DNA of 64,000 bases from Octopus sinensis (Eukaryota): assembly GCF_006345805.1 (NCBI RefSeq), contig NC_042998.1, positions 98,332,001 through 98,396,000 of the forward strand. The letters are read 5' to 3'. Every line of letters begins with the position of its first letter. Position 1 is the first letter of the stretch. The translations under genes were made by a program, and so were the position numbers. Shown piece by piece: positions 25,254 through 38,735 of the stretch. Under the pieces are notes generated by a model. It was not told the origin of the DNA. It was given only the letters and a program-made list of their open reading frames with translations, and made no database searches.

Positions 25254-26318
25254 CCCTTTCGTTACCAAACCGCCCGAAAAAAATTTTGGTTAATGTGACC
25301 AAGCCGCCCAAAACCGCCCGAATTTACCTATTCATATTTAAATGAGAATATCAGAGCAAATCTCTTTAGTAATTCGTGAAAACACGTATTATACTTCGTA
25401 AAGAGTTCAACTACAGTTTTGTACAAAAATCGAAATGTAATTTTAATTCCGTGAATTTTGGGAGATTTTTTTTCCGAAATTTGTTCCTATTGTGTTTTCA
25501 AAATTTGTAATTCTGACAAAAAATGGATACGAATTTCATTATATCAAGCAGCGAGTTAGAATTCGAAGGATTTTCTACTGAAGACCTTCATAAATCTAAC
25601 TCTATGACTGAAAAAAAAAAGCATGTGGTATTTGATAATGAATCTGATGTTTCATTTTCCGAAAGTGAAAACAGTGAATCCGAGAGCTCCGACAGCGATA
25701 AAGAAAATGAATTGGCACCTGAATGGAGTGAAAATTTAAAAACTGTTTCTTTCGGTGATTTTTCTGAAGAAACTGGACCAAGTCACAGACTTTCCCAGAA
25801 GAGTAAAGCCTTAGACTATTTCTTTTTACTTTTTCGAATGAGCCTATTTGAAATCATTACGGCGGAAACGAACCGTTACGCTAAATGTAAACAAAACGAA
25901 AGAAAGTGGTTTCCCATAACCTTAAATGAAATTAAGACTATTTTGCCATAAATATTATTATGGGTATCAGAAAGTTACCCAGAATAACAAATTCTATCGT
26001 AAAATTTTGTTGTATACCCAATTGAATATTAGCTAATAACCCATTTTCTATAGCGATGTTTGAACAAAATTTTAATAATTTTATATTTTGTTGAATTTAC
26101 CTGTATCTACCTGCAATTAGTCACTTTGTGACAAAAATTATAGTATAGAATTGGTTGAGAACATTTCATTAAATTATCTTCCAAACTTCACGTTAATATA
26201 TTGATAAATAAAAAAGTTATAGTTGTTTAATGAAACCAGACTAAATTTATGATTATGTTAGAAATTAATTGAAACACATAAGGGGTGTATTTTGGTCAGA
26301 AATATAGTACCGAAAGGG
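25254..26318 (+). mobile_element. Internally deleted piggyBac (PGBD-like) transposon, 1065 bp
   Basis: TTAA at 25250-25253 and 26319-26322; TIR ccctttcgttac / gtaccgaaaggg. ORF 25523-25951 has an acidic N-terminus and DYFFLLF..LFEIITAETNRYA..ITLNEIK, continuing after a frameshift as FAINIIMGIRKLP. The catalytic core is absent. Confidence 0.92.
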
Positions 26319-28090
26319 TTAAATAAGTTTTTTTTTTTTTTGTTTTTGTTAAGATCTTAATGAAAATTCTGTAAGTGTTTTATGAATATCAGACATTCTG
26401 AATCTCCTCTATTCTGATTTTATCTTTGAATCATATAGGATGATGAAGAATGGCAGAAATCTTCAAAAATTCTTTGAAGTTACTGTGTATATTAGAGGAT
26501 AAGATTTAAGGATTACTTTACCCTTCTGATATCAATCCATCAGAGACCATCCCTAGTTCTATGATCTAAATTAAAACCTTCCTTCAAAATTTCATGTTAA
26601 TTTATGTTCCAAACATCAGCTTAATGAGTTATTTTATTAAATTTTTCATTGTTTTAAAAATTCATTGAAACACAAGCAGTGCATTTTAAAGAAATATCAT
26701 AACAAAAGTGTTAAAGCCTCTAAATTCAAATTCTTTCAGCAATTCAAATCATTACAATCACATCATTTTCTATAACACCTAGATACATAAATAAAAGATT
26801 GCTCTAGTTTTATCTTTTTTATCAAGATGCAATGGTGGTGCATCAGCATGGCTGCAGCTATGAGCTGAAACTACATAAAAAAAAAGGCTTTTGTAATTAT
26901 GCATGAAATACTTGTTTGTTTGGAAGGTAAATTTTGTAAATTTAGCATCAACATTTCATAGTCTTGAGTCTTTTCTTCTGGGTGAAGTAACCTTGGCATA
27001 TGTACCTGCCCCTTTATAGGAGATAGATCCAATGTGACTGGTGTAGACATTATTGCCAAAATTTGAATTTTAACTGTATATGTTCTCAGTCAAGTGTTTA
27101 TTTTGTCTAATCGGTAGGTGTGGTCCCTGTTTAATTTAGCATTGTGATGTGCTTTGAGTACTGCTTCCATCATTAATCACACAAACTTACAAGTCTAGAA
27201 AAGTCAATGCATTGGGAAACTTCACTGTTTCAAAACAATTTTTTACAAGTATATACTCAGTATATCATGTTGCAAAGAAAAGCTGTTCCTTATGTATGTT
27301 TATACCACCATTATCATTTAATACTTGTTCTCCATGCTGGCATGGATTGGATAGCCATATCATAATAATAATTTTCCCATGTTTTCCATGCTGGTATGAG
27401 TTGGACAGGTCATCACATTCAATGTCAGTTCTCATTTGGAGTTACTACCCTTTTAGATACATTTCACTTATGCATTCCACTTTTAGCATGGTTTCTACAG
27501 TTGGAAGTCTTTTCTACTGTCTGTTGATCACTTTACAGAGTCCACAGGTTCATTTCATTATGACTGAAGAACAAGGGTGAGTGGATAAAGAGAAAACCTG
27601 AAAAAAGGTTCAGTGGAAGATACAAATGGCAAGGAGTGATGGGGGAGACAAACAATAGTGGAAGTATAGGAAAAAGGCAATATTAATAGCTACAATTTTG
27701 CTATTGTGAATGAGAGATCGAGTGATGGAACAGGCTGGGGAGAAAGAGTGATGGCAGCATGAAGCAGATCTCATGTGGTCCCTTATATAAGCATTTTCAT
27801 GAGAGAAAGGTAGATATAATGATAGGTATAGCGGTGGTGGGGATACCAAAAACGAATGAGTCTAGTGTCATCTCATTACACAGACAGTATGATGCAATGA
27901 ATAGGACAGATTTACAGTTTCCCTCTGACATTTGAGAGAATCTATTTTACTTTTGTTTTAGTGTTTATTGCTCTTGTATATCTGCTTTGTATGAAGCCTA
28001 CCTTCCCTGTTTGCTTACTTGTGATTCCACTATACACCTCTTGTGTTTCCATTGTTTACATGGCTAGACTGTATAGAGTTTCTACCTATC

Positions 28091-28286
28091 CAACCAAAAT
28101 ATTTTACCTGTTGTATGCTGAACCTGGCCAGATCTAGCCTTTCACATCTACCCTACAATGTCAAATAAAGATAAACTATCATATTATTGAAATCTTGAGG
28201 CCACAAAATAATGCATAGCTAATTCAAAACAATGTGAATAAATAAGCATTACATTTGACAGAGTAATCTGAATACTAGAGGGTTAA
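28091..28286 (-). mobile_element. TTAA-type MITE, partial copy
   Basis: Reverse complement of 39818-40021 (gcattcagattactctgtcaaatgt core); ends agagggTTAA. Confidence 0.55.
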
Positions 28287-28879
28287 AACTAATGGTTAAC
28301 TGTAACAGTATTCCAAGTTTCTCACTTCTGTACAGTTGTTTGGATTAAGCAACAACATATTTCACTACTTCATTAAGACAATTGTGTGTGTGATTTAATG
28401 ATTTTTGGCAGCTATTTCTAGTGAAATGAGCAAATTTTAAGAGATAACATGAAATGGTTCAAGCCTTAATGAAGAAAAAAGAAATGACGAGGACTTTGAT
28501 AGATTGTCCTTTGTATATTAAATTCTTTAAGTCCACTGCCAGTTTTAGCCCTGCATTTTTGTATTCAAATTTTGTTTTGCTTTATGAGCATGTAAAATAT
28601 TTTAAACTAATATTTTTTGTCTTTTAACAGATAAATTTTAATCTGACCATCATTAACTACTCTATCCAAATATAGAAAAAAATAGGTGCTAGTTTTTGAC
28701 TTGCTTGAATATTTGTTAGAGCGTATGTCAGAAATTATAGAAGCTAGGAGGCTCAGGTTGTTTTTTTTTTTTTATTAATGATTACTATGAAAAATATGAA
28801 ACCTTGCTTTCTTTGAAAAATACATATTTGAGCTCTATTTAACATCTCATACACTGGGTAAACTATAAATTGAAGGGGG

Positions 28880-29620
28880 AAGGGCAGACTTTTTGATTTA
28901 GCAAATCCTCCCAGATTGAAATGTTGATTTAGTTGATCTGTAGTTTGTATACTTATAAGTCAATGTCTACAAGAAAAATGTTTCTGGTGAGGGAGTAGCA
29001 ACAGACTAGTTTTGAGGAAGAAGGATTGGTTGAAATATTCTGTGCAAGATCTAAATGCTGTTATACTGTAGGGGTAAAAGAAGGAAGAGCAAACAGGGTA
29101 TGCAGTTATTTACTTCAGAGAAGCAGAGGCTATTGAAATGTTGATTGGTTGAAGAGTCAGCTAAAAGAAAAAGCATGTCGGTGACTGTGTTTGATGTATG
29201 TTGGTAAGTGAATGTTTGCCAGCCAGTTGAATAGCCTTTTTTAAATGCAGTCTAGACTTTGTTATATGTAGCAGCAGTGCAACCACCACCACCACCACTG
29301 TCCCATACATGTGAACTGTATTCCAATGTAAATTTTACTTGAGCTTTGTAAAGGTATGGTCACTAAAATATTTTATGACTTCAGCAAGCAAGCTTAGTCT
29401 TTGGGAAGCAGTTTTGGGAATGTTAGATATGTAAGGTTTACCCTCAGTGATGACTAACACTTGCAAAGACTATGAAAATTTTAGTTGCATGTCCATGTGT
29501 AGAAAGAGTGGAGTACAAGTTGTTTCTCGTGCTTCTTGTACTGTTTGTGTGCTGTAAAAGAAATTAGATTGCCATGTTCCATTGAAGAATTATAGTGCAG
29601 TTTCTTTTTGAGTAATGTAA
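28880..29620 (-). mobile_element. Old CR1-group (L2/Crack-like) LINE fragment
   Basis: Minus strand near 29290-29355 reads YLYKAQVKFTLEYSSHVWDS, followed by SHRHA and FNSLCFSE, which resemble conserved C-terminal RT motifs. Confidence 0.6.
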
Positions 29621-32600
29621 GGTTATTTTAAATATTTCTTCCAATTAAGTAATGAACTGAGAGTGGGTTTGTACTTTGAACAAAGCCCAAGTTATATTTT
29701 TATGTAATCTTTTAACACAATTTTAGGTAGTGATGTTTTTATATTCAATTTTTAACTGTGTAATCCATGCTAGCTCTTCACTTTTTCCAATACAATCGTA
29801 AGTAGATTTATGTTTAGATTAACCTAATATCAAGTATGATTAGATTAGTGCTAGCTGGTGTCAGTATTTCTTTTAGCGTTTTTGTTTGTAATTATTGATT
29901 GAAATTTTTTTTTATGTATTTGCTCCTATTGCCACCCCCACCTTTACTCCCATTTAGTTCAATTAGTGATAGAAACAACTAATTGATCATATAGATTAGT
30001 GAGACAATGTGGTTTGTATAACTCTTAATAGGATTTCCTTCAGACTTGTGATGCAATTTATATGGATTTTCTTTTATATGTATATGAACTGACCATTTGG
30101 AGAGGTTAACCTTTTATTCCTTCATCACCTACATACACAACAGCATCAGAACAACCATCCCATTCCTTACAAATTTGAATGTTACATAATCAAGATTACA
30201 CCAGTGAGTCTTAGTTTACTTTTCAAGTTCAGAAATGTTTGTATATTTGAGACTGTGCACCTATATATAAACATGCTGGACAGTCACTATCATATTCACT
30301 CTGGATCTGTTTTTGTTTCCCCATGCACCAAGAAAAAGCTAGCTCACCCCTTAACTATCAACAATGTTGAATTTTTATAACAGTGTTCAGTCTGCTGAAA
30401 TTCACTTCTTCCACCTGGCTAAGATGACTCAAAAAGCTTTGGACACTGCCCTTATTTTTCAGAATTTATGTATAAAAAAAATTACTATAGGTCATCAATA
30501 ATATAATGTTGCTTAAAAAAAAAATGCTAGTTACCCTTCAGGTTATGTTATTGATCTCTGAACTACTAATCCAAAATTTCATTGAAATACTATTGTCAAA
30601 ATTATTTTTTCATTTAGTTTTTCACAGTTGCTTGTATTTTGCCACATATGTTACAATTATGCACTTACATTTATACATGCACACACACACATGTGGTAAC
30701 TATGTAATAAACTGTCTCATTTGTCATTGAGTTATTTGCACATCACATGAAGACAAAGGTTTTCATGTGATGTGCAAATAAGCTGTCAAACTGGTGAAAC
30801 ACCTTTTAATCCAAACTTTTGACTGGCTGATCTTACTTGTGTAAGTTAATTAGTTCTTAGAGATTGAAGTAGGTTCATAAGTCCCATTATGCTGCATTTC
30901 CATAACATACACTAGTGTATGCTCTCACTGAAATGCTCATCATCATTAATCAAAGAAATGCTTGTAGAAATAGCATGAACTCAGAAAAGAAAAGCATACA
31001 GTTTGATGGCAGTAACTCAGCATGACTTTGCAATCACTCAGAGATACATATACAAAGTATGAATGGAAGAGTGGCCTGTTTGGTTATGCCCAGTTAAACT
31101 AAAAACAATAAAGAATAACTTCAGTTCACCTTATTGAGAATGGCTCATAATCATGAGTGAAGTATTACCAAAAGAAAGAAAAAAAGAAGTTTGTAATAAA
31201 ACAGTTTAAAATTTTGAAGTAGGTTGTGTTTATAAGCAAGTTTCTGTATAGTGCAGAATGTGAACTGAAGATTAGTGCTTATTCTCAGGAACCAATATAG
31301 AAAACATCAATTGATTTAGCTTTATAAGGTTTTGAATTATTTTACCTTATCTTAACCATGTGATGATTTTAATTTTTGCTAGATGTAGTTAATCCATTGT
31401 CTATTTATTAGGTATTTGTCAGTACACATTTAATTAATTTCTTCTTGCAAAAATATCTTGATTACTACACCTGCTTTTATATTACCAATTTTAGTGTTTA
31501 GCATGTACTAACAGTTATATTCTTCATTGAATAATACAAATTTCCAGATGCTCCATTAGTGGAAGCTACTTCCAAATTTTATCTTTCTAATGAAAAGGAG
31601 CTAATAAATTTGTGCAAAGTAATACATATTTTAAGATTTCGCCTTCAATTACTAGAACATTGCACTAATGCCTGTATAGTTTTAAGCTTATTTTGCTATT
31701 ATTGTTTGAGATCTTATAAAATATTAAAAAATTGAGCCTTGATAATCGGCATCTTTATTCTCTATATTATTGTCACCAATATCATTGTTTCAGCAGGTTC
31801 TCAACTCTGTCATCATTATTCATAATCATCAGTTTATCAAATCTATCATGATTATCATTTAACAGTTTTCTCCATTCTTTCTTCTTTCACTTCATTTAGA
31901 CATTATCATTGGTCCTAGACTAATTGTAGACAGTGGGTGCTAATACTGTCAGGTGCAACCCAAAGTGACCACAGCACAATTGAAAAGCGAAATCTTATTA
32001 CATCTTTTGTGTACTGATTAGCTATGCAGTCTACTTTATCGGTTTCTACTTATTTCTTTCTTCTAAACAGAGGCCAACCTTCAGAAACAGATGTTTGTTT
32101 CTTTTTCTTTGTAAGTATACGGTCTTAGAGTAGTCTGAATCAGAATTTCAGTCCTCCCACTTTTGTTTTTACCCCCCCCCCCATTAGAACCAAAGATGGT
32201 TATTTTAGCAAAAAGAATTGTGTTATTGATTTCCTATCTTGACTCTACTTCATTGAGGAGGTCACCTTGTACCTATAAAAGACTATCAAGATTGTAAATA
32301 CCAAATCCTGAATTTGTTCTCGGCCAGTTTCAGTTTATCTAAATTATAGGTTTGGTTTCAGATTTAACCATGTAATTCATTACTGTATAAGGTATTTTCT
32401 TATTAACAAATTGATTTTTAGTTTTCATACTTGATATTACTCTTTAGTTACTGTACTATTTCAATTAAAATAAAAATAACTTGGTTGCTCTTTCTCTATT
32501 CTGTTAATGTCTGATTTCTATCTTATCAGATGTTAGACAATCCAAATTTTGCAATTGCGTCAGAAGTTACCTGTCAAGGTGGCTAGTGAAATCTACAATT

Positions 32601-33353
32601 ATGATAATTTCATTCTTTGTGTGTTTTTGCATATTTTGATTGAGGTTCCTCCCTTTTTTTTTTTTTACCTTACTCTCATGAAATATTTTCTTCTCACTAT
32701 GTAAAACAATGAATTCTTACCTTTTTCTTTTTTTGGGGGGTGGGGGTGGATATACTATGATTTTAAATATTGTATTTGTTTATTTTCAGTGTTTTCACTT
32801 GTGCAATTTATTAAAATATTTTCTAGTTCAATTTGTGAAGATAATTTAAAAAATGAAGAAGAGAATGTTATTGCTTCAGGAAGTGCCATTTATCAAAACA
32901 GAAACACTCATCAACAACAAGCATTGTTTGAAACATTGCAATTCTCTTGAATCTAAACCAGCTTATTTTATTTATGCATTCTAATGTGATATTTGCTGAT
33001 GCAGAATTTCATTAATATTTTTGAACTCTAGTGGGGTTTGTTTTTCCTTTCGGTTTTGTGTTCATCTCTAACACAAAATAGAAATTTTTGTTTGAGAGAG
33101 AGGATTGCAATATCATAGTACTTAGCTTTTAGTATAACTATGTGCTATTTTGAATTATCATTTTATATGTTGCTTGTTTTAATGGTAAAAGTCTTCAGCA
33201 GATCTAGGGACTCCTAAAGATAATAGTTTGCAACTGTTTAACTTCTTAACTGAATAGGAAATGATGATTAACTTGTGGATAAAAGGCCAGTGTTTCAAGT
33301 AATATTATCTGAATATCTGTAGGTAGGAATATCTGTAGGTAGGTATATTGAGC

Positions 33354-33584
33354 ACAAACCATGACTAGGCCTAGTAGTAATAAATATCCACTACCAAGAT
33401 GAACTAGCTATACTAGAACCTGGAAAATTAGTTATGATATTTCAGATTATTTTGCCCATGTAAACAATGAAATACCACCACCATAGATACAAACCATGAC
33501 TAGGCCTAGTAGTAATAAATATCCACTACCAAGATGAACTAGCTATACTAGAACCTGGAAAATTAGTTATGATATTTCAGATTA
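33354..33584. repeat. Two identical 96-bp direct repeats (33354-33449, 33489-33584) with a 39-bp spacer
   Basis: Base-by-base identity read from the sequence. Confidence 0.95.
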
Positions 33585-33630
33585 AGAACTCTTTCGTTGC
33601 TTTCCATGACACTAATTTTCTATTTAAGAC

Positions 33631-33766
33631 ATCATCATCGTTTAACGTCCGTTTTCCGTGCTAGCACGGATTGGACTGTTCGACTGGGGTCTGGGAAGCC
33701 AGGAGGCTGCACCAGGCTCCAGTCTGATCTGGCAGTGTTTCTACAGCTGGATGCCCTTCCTAATGC
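33631..33766 (-). mobile_element. RTE 3' tail (short truncated LINE or tail-sharing SINE)
   Basis: Reverse complement of 11125-11260 with 17 mismatches in 136 bp. Shorter tail copies at about 2895-2940, 34485-34528, 40230-40265 and 60960-61130. Confidence 0.88.
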
Positions 33767-34448
33767 ATGTAAACGCATCATTCATGTAAACTCAGAAATA
33801 TAGAATATTTTTTTCTACTCTAGACACAAGGCCTGAAATTTTTGGGGAGAGGGCCAGTCGATTAGATCAACTAATGGAGATCAGCAGCAAAAAAAGATTT
33901 TAAAAAACCCAGTTTCCAGAACATCATCATTTGTTCTTTGCATATATGCTAAAAATAAGTAAATCTCAGTGGAATCAGAAATGATCAATTTATGAAACAT
34001 TTGTGAGAATGAAAGCATTCCAACTGCTGTCATCCTGTCAGAAATTTTTCACTTTAGCTAGAATGAGTTTTCCAGCTGTTGCCATCCTATCTTTTTTTTA
34101 AAATTCAATATTCAACTCAAATAGATGCAATGAGTCGCAATTAATAAAACTGAATGCAATCTAAAGTAATAGATACAATTTATGAGAGAATCTTTCAGCA
34201 TACTTCTGTCATGCATAACAATGAATTTTTTATACCCTATTAATTTCATTATGACAAATAATGTCACTTGCTTATAAACTATGTGGAGGTGTAGAAGCAT
34301 GCGCTCATCACCACCATCATTATCATTATTATTTCAAGTCTGGCTTCCATGCCAGATGGTTCAACAGGATCTGACAAGCCAGATGACTGTGTTGAATGCT
34401 AATGTCTGGATAGCTGGTTGTCTTATAAACACCAACCACTTTACACCC

Positions 34449-34486
<38 letters not shown>

Positions 34487-35235
34487 TCATCGTTTATCGT
34501 ATGTTTTCCATGCTAGCATGGGTTGGACATAGACACATACACACACACACACATTTGTTTTGGTGTCACATGTCTTCATATGTTAGTATGGATTAGACAG
34601 CTACATATTAGTGTGGCATTGTTTTGCAGCTGGGTACATTTCCTGTCACTAACCCATCCTGTTTATCAACCAAGGTAGTTTTCACTCCTGTCTTCAAAAA
34701 TCAGTATTACCAGATAATCTGTTGACAAAAATATGTCAATTTTTCATGTGAAGCAAAGGATGCATACATTCATGCACATGAGCACTTGCACACACACTTT
34801 CTTGTGTGCATATATACATACATTTTATTCATGTCCATTTTTCTATTCTAGCATGAATTAGATGAATACATTATTGAGGCATTGCTTTACATTCAGACAT
34901 CCTTCCTGTGTATAATTCTTACTTGTTTTTCAAGTATTGAATCCCTTATTCCACACATTTTCAAAAGTACTAAGTCGGTGGATTATTTGTTGGCAGGAGT
35001 AATGTCAACATCACCACCTCCACTTGTAGCTTCTTTCAGTTTTTATCTATCGAATCCACTTACAGACCTTTGGTCAGCATGAGTCTAAAATAAGAGACAC
35101 TTTTCTCAGGTGCTGCACAGTGTTACTGAACCCAAAACCAGTTGGTTGCAAGTTGAACTTTTTAACCATATGGCCATGCCTATGTGTTGCATATGTGTAT
35201 GTACAAGTGAGTGTGTGTGTATCTATGTATGTGCA

Positions 35236-35267
<32 letters not shown>

Positions 35268-35426
35268 ATCATTTAAGGTACACTGTATAGATACAAGTTA
35301 TTAATAGTAGTAGCTCATATCTTTATACTGTGTACATTAAATGATATTTATCTCATTAGATGGAGTACTTTGTTTACTGATCTTACCCTTAGTGCAACTG
35401 TAAACTATATACATATACACAGATAC

Positions 35427-35484
<58 letters not shown>

Positions 35485-35734
35485 CAGACACACACATACT
35501 GTGTATGTATGTATATGTACACACATCAGTTAAGTTGTGCCCAAGAAGGTTCATACCCAAAGACTAGTATAGCAGCATCACAGTCAACTGTTACAAGAGG
35601 AAAGATGTCTTAGAGGAAATTATAGAGGTATCAAATTACTGAACCTGTTCATGAAAGTTGCAGAAAGTTGTAGCTCACGTAATTAATTAGAGAGTATGTG
35701 TGTGTGTGTTAGAATTAGCCTAGATACTGTTTTC

Positions 35735-36880
35735 CTGGTGAGATAATTGCAGAAGTACTTAGCTGAAAGGAAGATGCTGTACTTAGCATTTGTCATTCTG
35801 GAGAGAGCCTTCAACAGGACCCTTCACTGTGTGATCTAGTAGTTGCTCATGATGCTAGGGTTAGACAAATGGCTTGTGAGAGCCATGTACAGAGGCACTA
35901 TCAGTAAGGCGAGTGTTAACAAGGACTGAGGAATTTAGTGTCCAAGTAAATTCATCAGGGCTTGATCCTTAGCTTAGGTTTCCATATCATAACAGAGGGG
36001 TATAAGACCAGTTGCCCATGGATACTGATGACCTTGTTCTTATAGCTGAATCTCCCATAGAATTAGAAAATAAAATTCCATATTTGGAAGCAAAACCTGG
36101 AATCAAAGGGTTTCAAAGTTAATTTAGCAAATAACAAAGTTTTAGTTAGTGGGGAAACAAGCAAGAGTCTGCGTCTATCAGGGAAATGGCTTTGTTCAGT
36201 TTGTAGAAAGAAAGTATCTAGAAATTCCACACATTGTACTTGATGCAAAATGGAAACATAACGGGTGCAGTAACATCATAGGCAGGTTCATAGAGAAAGT
36301 AGACTTTGTATGTGGCAGATATACAGGAACAATAAGCACTAATAATACATGGGAAATAGATTTTCGTGAATACCCAGGAGGATCCTTGGAAATAGTAGGT
36401 ACTTTCTGTTACCTAGGTATTGCTAAATTTGCAATGGAGGATGTTCTCAAAAGTATACTTTGTAGAATAAGAACAGGGTGGGAAAAGCTCAGAGAGCTAT
36501 TACCTCTGTTTGTAACAAAAAGGACTTTCTCTCAGAGTGAAAGGCAGATTGTATGATGCTTGTGTATGAACATCATTAATACATGGTAGTGAGACATGAA
36601 CCCTGAAAGTAGGGATATGCAGAAACTAGAAAGACATGGAGCTTGTATACTCTTTTGGATGTGCAACATTGGTGTGTGTGGGTGTACAACAAAGTGCAAA
36701 TATGATGAGAGAAAGTTGGGCATAAGAAGAATCATATGTGGTGTGCAAGAGAGAAGACTGTGCTGGTATGGACATGTGATTCATATTGATGAAGATAGCT
36801 GTATAAACAAGTGCTGATTACTTGTGAAAGAGGGAAATCCAGAAAGACATGGGACAAAGAGGAAATGACAATGGTCTGAG
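35735..36880 (+). mobile_element. Decayed RTE-clade LINE (RT domain)
   Basis: Remnants of the AFVDLEKAF, HQG..LS and DDLVLIAES..ELE..LESKG.KVN motifs, plus FCYLG, RIRTGWEKLRELL and RRLCWYGHV. Confidence 0.88.
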
Positions 36881-38368
36881 ATGCCTCTGAGGAGACCCAC
36901 CCATTTCAGAGAAGCTGAAGTTCTGGAAATTGTGTCCAATTTGCTTGTGAATCCTTCCTTCCTACCTTCTCACCCCCTATCACTGATCCCTCCATCACTA
37001 GCATAACTGCAGTGTACTGCTGTTGTAACTGAAAACAGAATTACATCTTTCTCACTTCCAGGAATAACTTCACTTAAAATCCATTCTCCATTCACATTTT
37101 ACACACTCACTGTACATCTCTCTCTCTTTCCCACCCTGTGTACTTCATCTGCCTCTCATTCTTGTCTACTATATTATTATTACTGTTCTGCTGCTCTCCA
37201 CTCCTTTCTTTATTGACAATCACCTCTCATACCTTCCTTCAAACTCATATACCATCAATCACTCTCCAACCCATATTCACCATTATTCAGCCATCAGCTA
37301 CTCTCTCCCACTCATTTATTATCAACCATCCTGCCACCCTTGTTCATCATACATTATATTATATTCATTCCTCCTCCATCTTTGCTTGTTACTAATCTTC
37401 ACTTTCTTTCTCCTCATACAATCTTGCAACCTCTACCCATCCACTTTTCCTGTCCTGTTCCACTCCTATTTAGCTTCTTATACCTTGAGGGCTCCCTTGA
37501 CCCCTTGTCACTGCCATCTTTATCTCTCTTTCTAGCTCTGCTGGAATTACTCCTGCCCAGCAATATGTCTCCTATACAGCAAGAAACTGTCCTGGCTCCT
37601 TTCTTCAAATTTTGACTTTTCATCACCCCAAGCTACACAGTGACCCCACTAGTATTGGTGCAATGAAATATGCATTCAGTCCATCCTATAAAATGGTTGT
37701 CATTAGGAAGGGGATCAAGCCATAGAAACCATGCCAAAGAAGCTTATTTCTCAACCACATAGTTTCAGGTTCAGTTTCCCTGCACTTTGAACAAATGTTG
37801 GGTTGACCAAAGCTCTGTGAGTGTATTTCATAGACAAAACTGAAAGGAACCCATCATGTGTATATGTATGAGTGATTGTGTATTTCCCTCATCTCCATAT
37901 GTGCTTTACATGCTGGTTTGTAAACAGTGGTTTCACAAATGTCTTTTGTTTGCAGTCCACTATGAAAGCATGTACAGTCTTCTTGACATGTGTAATCTTT
38001 GTAAACAAAAGGGTCATTTTCATGTAATTTATTTCCTGATCTCCATGTAAGCATGTCTGGGCTATTTGTTGTTCAATAGACTGGGAGATTATTCCCTTAT
38101 TTGGAAATTGGCGGGGGTTGGCATCAGAAAGGGCATCCAGTTGTAGAAAAATCCAACCAGACATACTCTATTTGGACTCCTGCAGATGGTATAAATAGAT
38201 CCTAAAACAGTGACATTGATGAAAAATAAAGCAAATAGATGAATGGGATAGCAACTTCAAATAAGTTCTAAATGTATATTCTTTTTAATCTAAGCAGCAT
38301 TTGTCATTTGTTTTCAGGTATATATTAATATTGCTTTACAATGTTTCTTTTCTACCTATTTCTTTAAG

Positions 38369-38480
38369 AATGGACAAGGATGGCACTTTAAAAATTGATT
38401 GGGACGAATGGCGTGAATATCTCCTTCTTCATCCAAGCCAGAATATCCACGACATTATTGCTTATTGGAGGCATTCTACA
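38369..38480 (+). CDS. SLC25A25: SCaMC exon 4 (112 nt; EF-hand 4)
   Basis: Acceptor tatttctttaag|, donor ACA|gtgagt. (R)[37 protein letters not shown]. Confidence 0.96.
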
Positions 38481-38735
38481 GTGAGTCACTTTATTATATA
38501 AAAAGCTTTGATTTCTTTCTCCCCCCCCCCCTCCATAAAGCAAATTTTATATGTCATGTTTAATTCTTTTGGTATTGTGGAACTTTATTTTCATAACTGT
38601 CTCTTGTATCGAGTGAAAGATAATTGATTTTCCTGATTCAAAGATTATCAAGAAATATGAATGTGTGAAGAGAGAGAGAGTATGCATGTATGTGCGAGTT
38701 TAAAATGTAGCCCATTACAAAAGTGAATCCAACAG

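Noticed and set aside
26354-26370. 17-nt microexon after a long T tract
   Set aside because: Frameshifting with an immediate TAA; the T tract adjoins the piggyBac insertion site.
27541-27576. 36-nt in-frame exon candidate
   Set aside because: It needs the second AG of CAGAG, a stronger acceptor lies inside it, and the region is decayed repeat.
29774-29797. 24-nt in-frame microexon candidate
   Set aside because: Weak pyrimidine tract and weak exonic donor bases; indistinguishable from chance.
32733-32750. G-quadruplex (also 44775-44792)
   Set aside because: Too few separate G-tracts for a three-tier quadruplex.
33354-33584. CRISPR-like repeat-spacer-repeat
   Set aside because: Only two repeats, 96 bp is too long, there are no cas genes, and the context is a eukaryotic intron.
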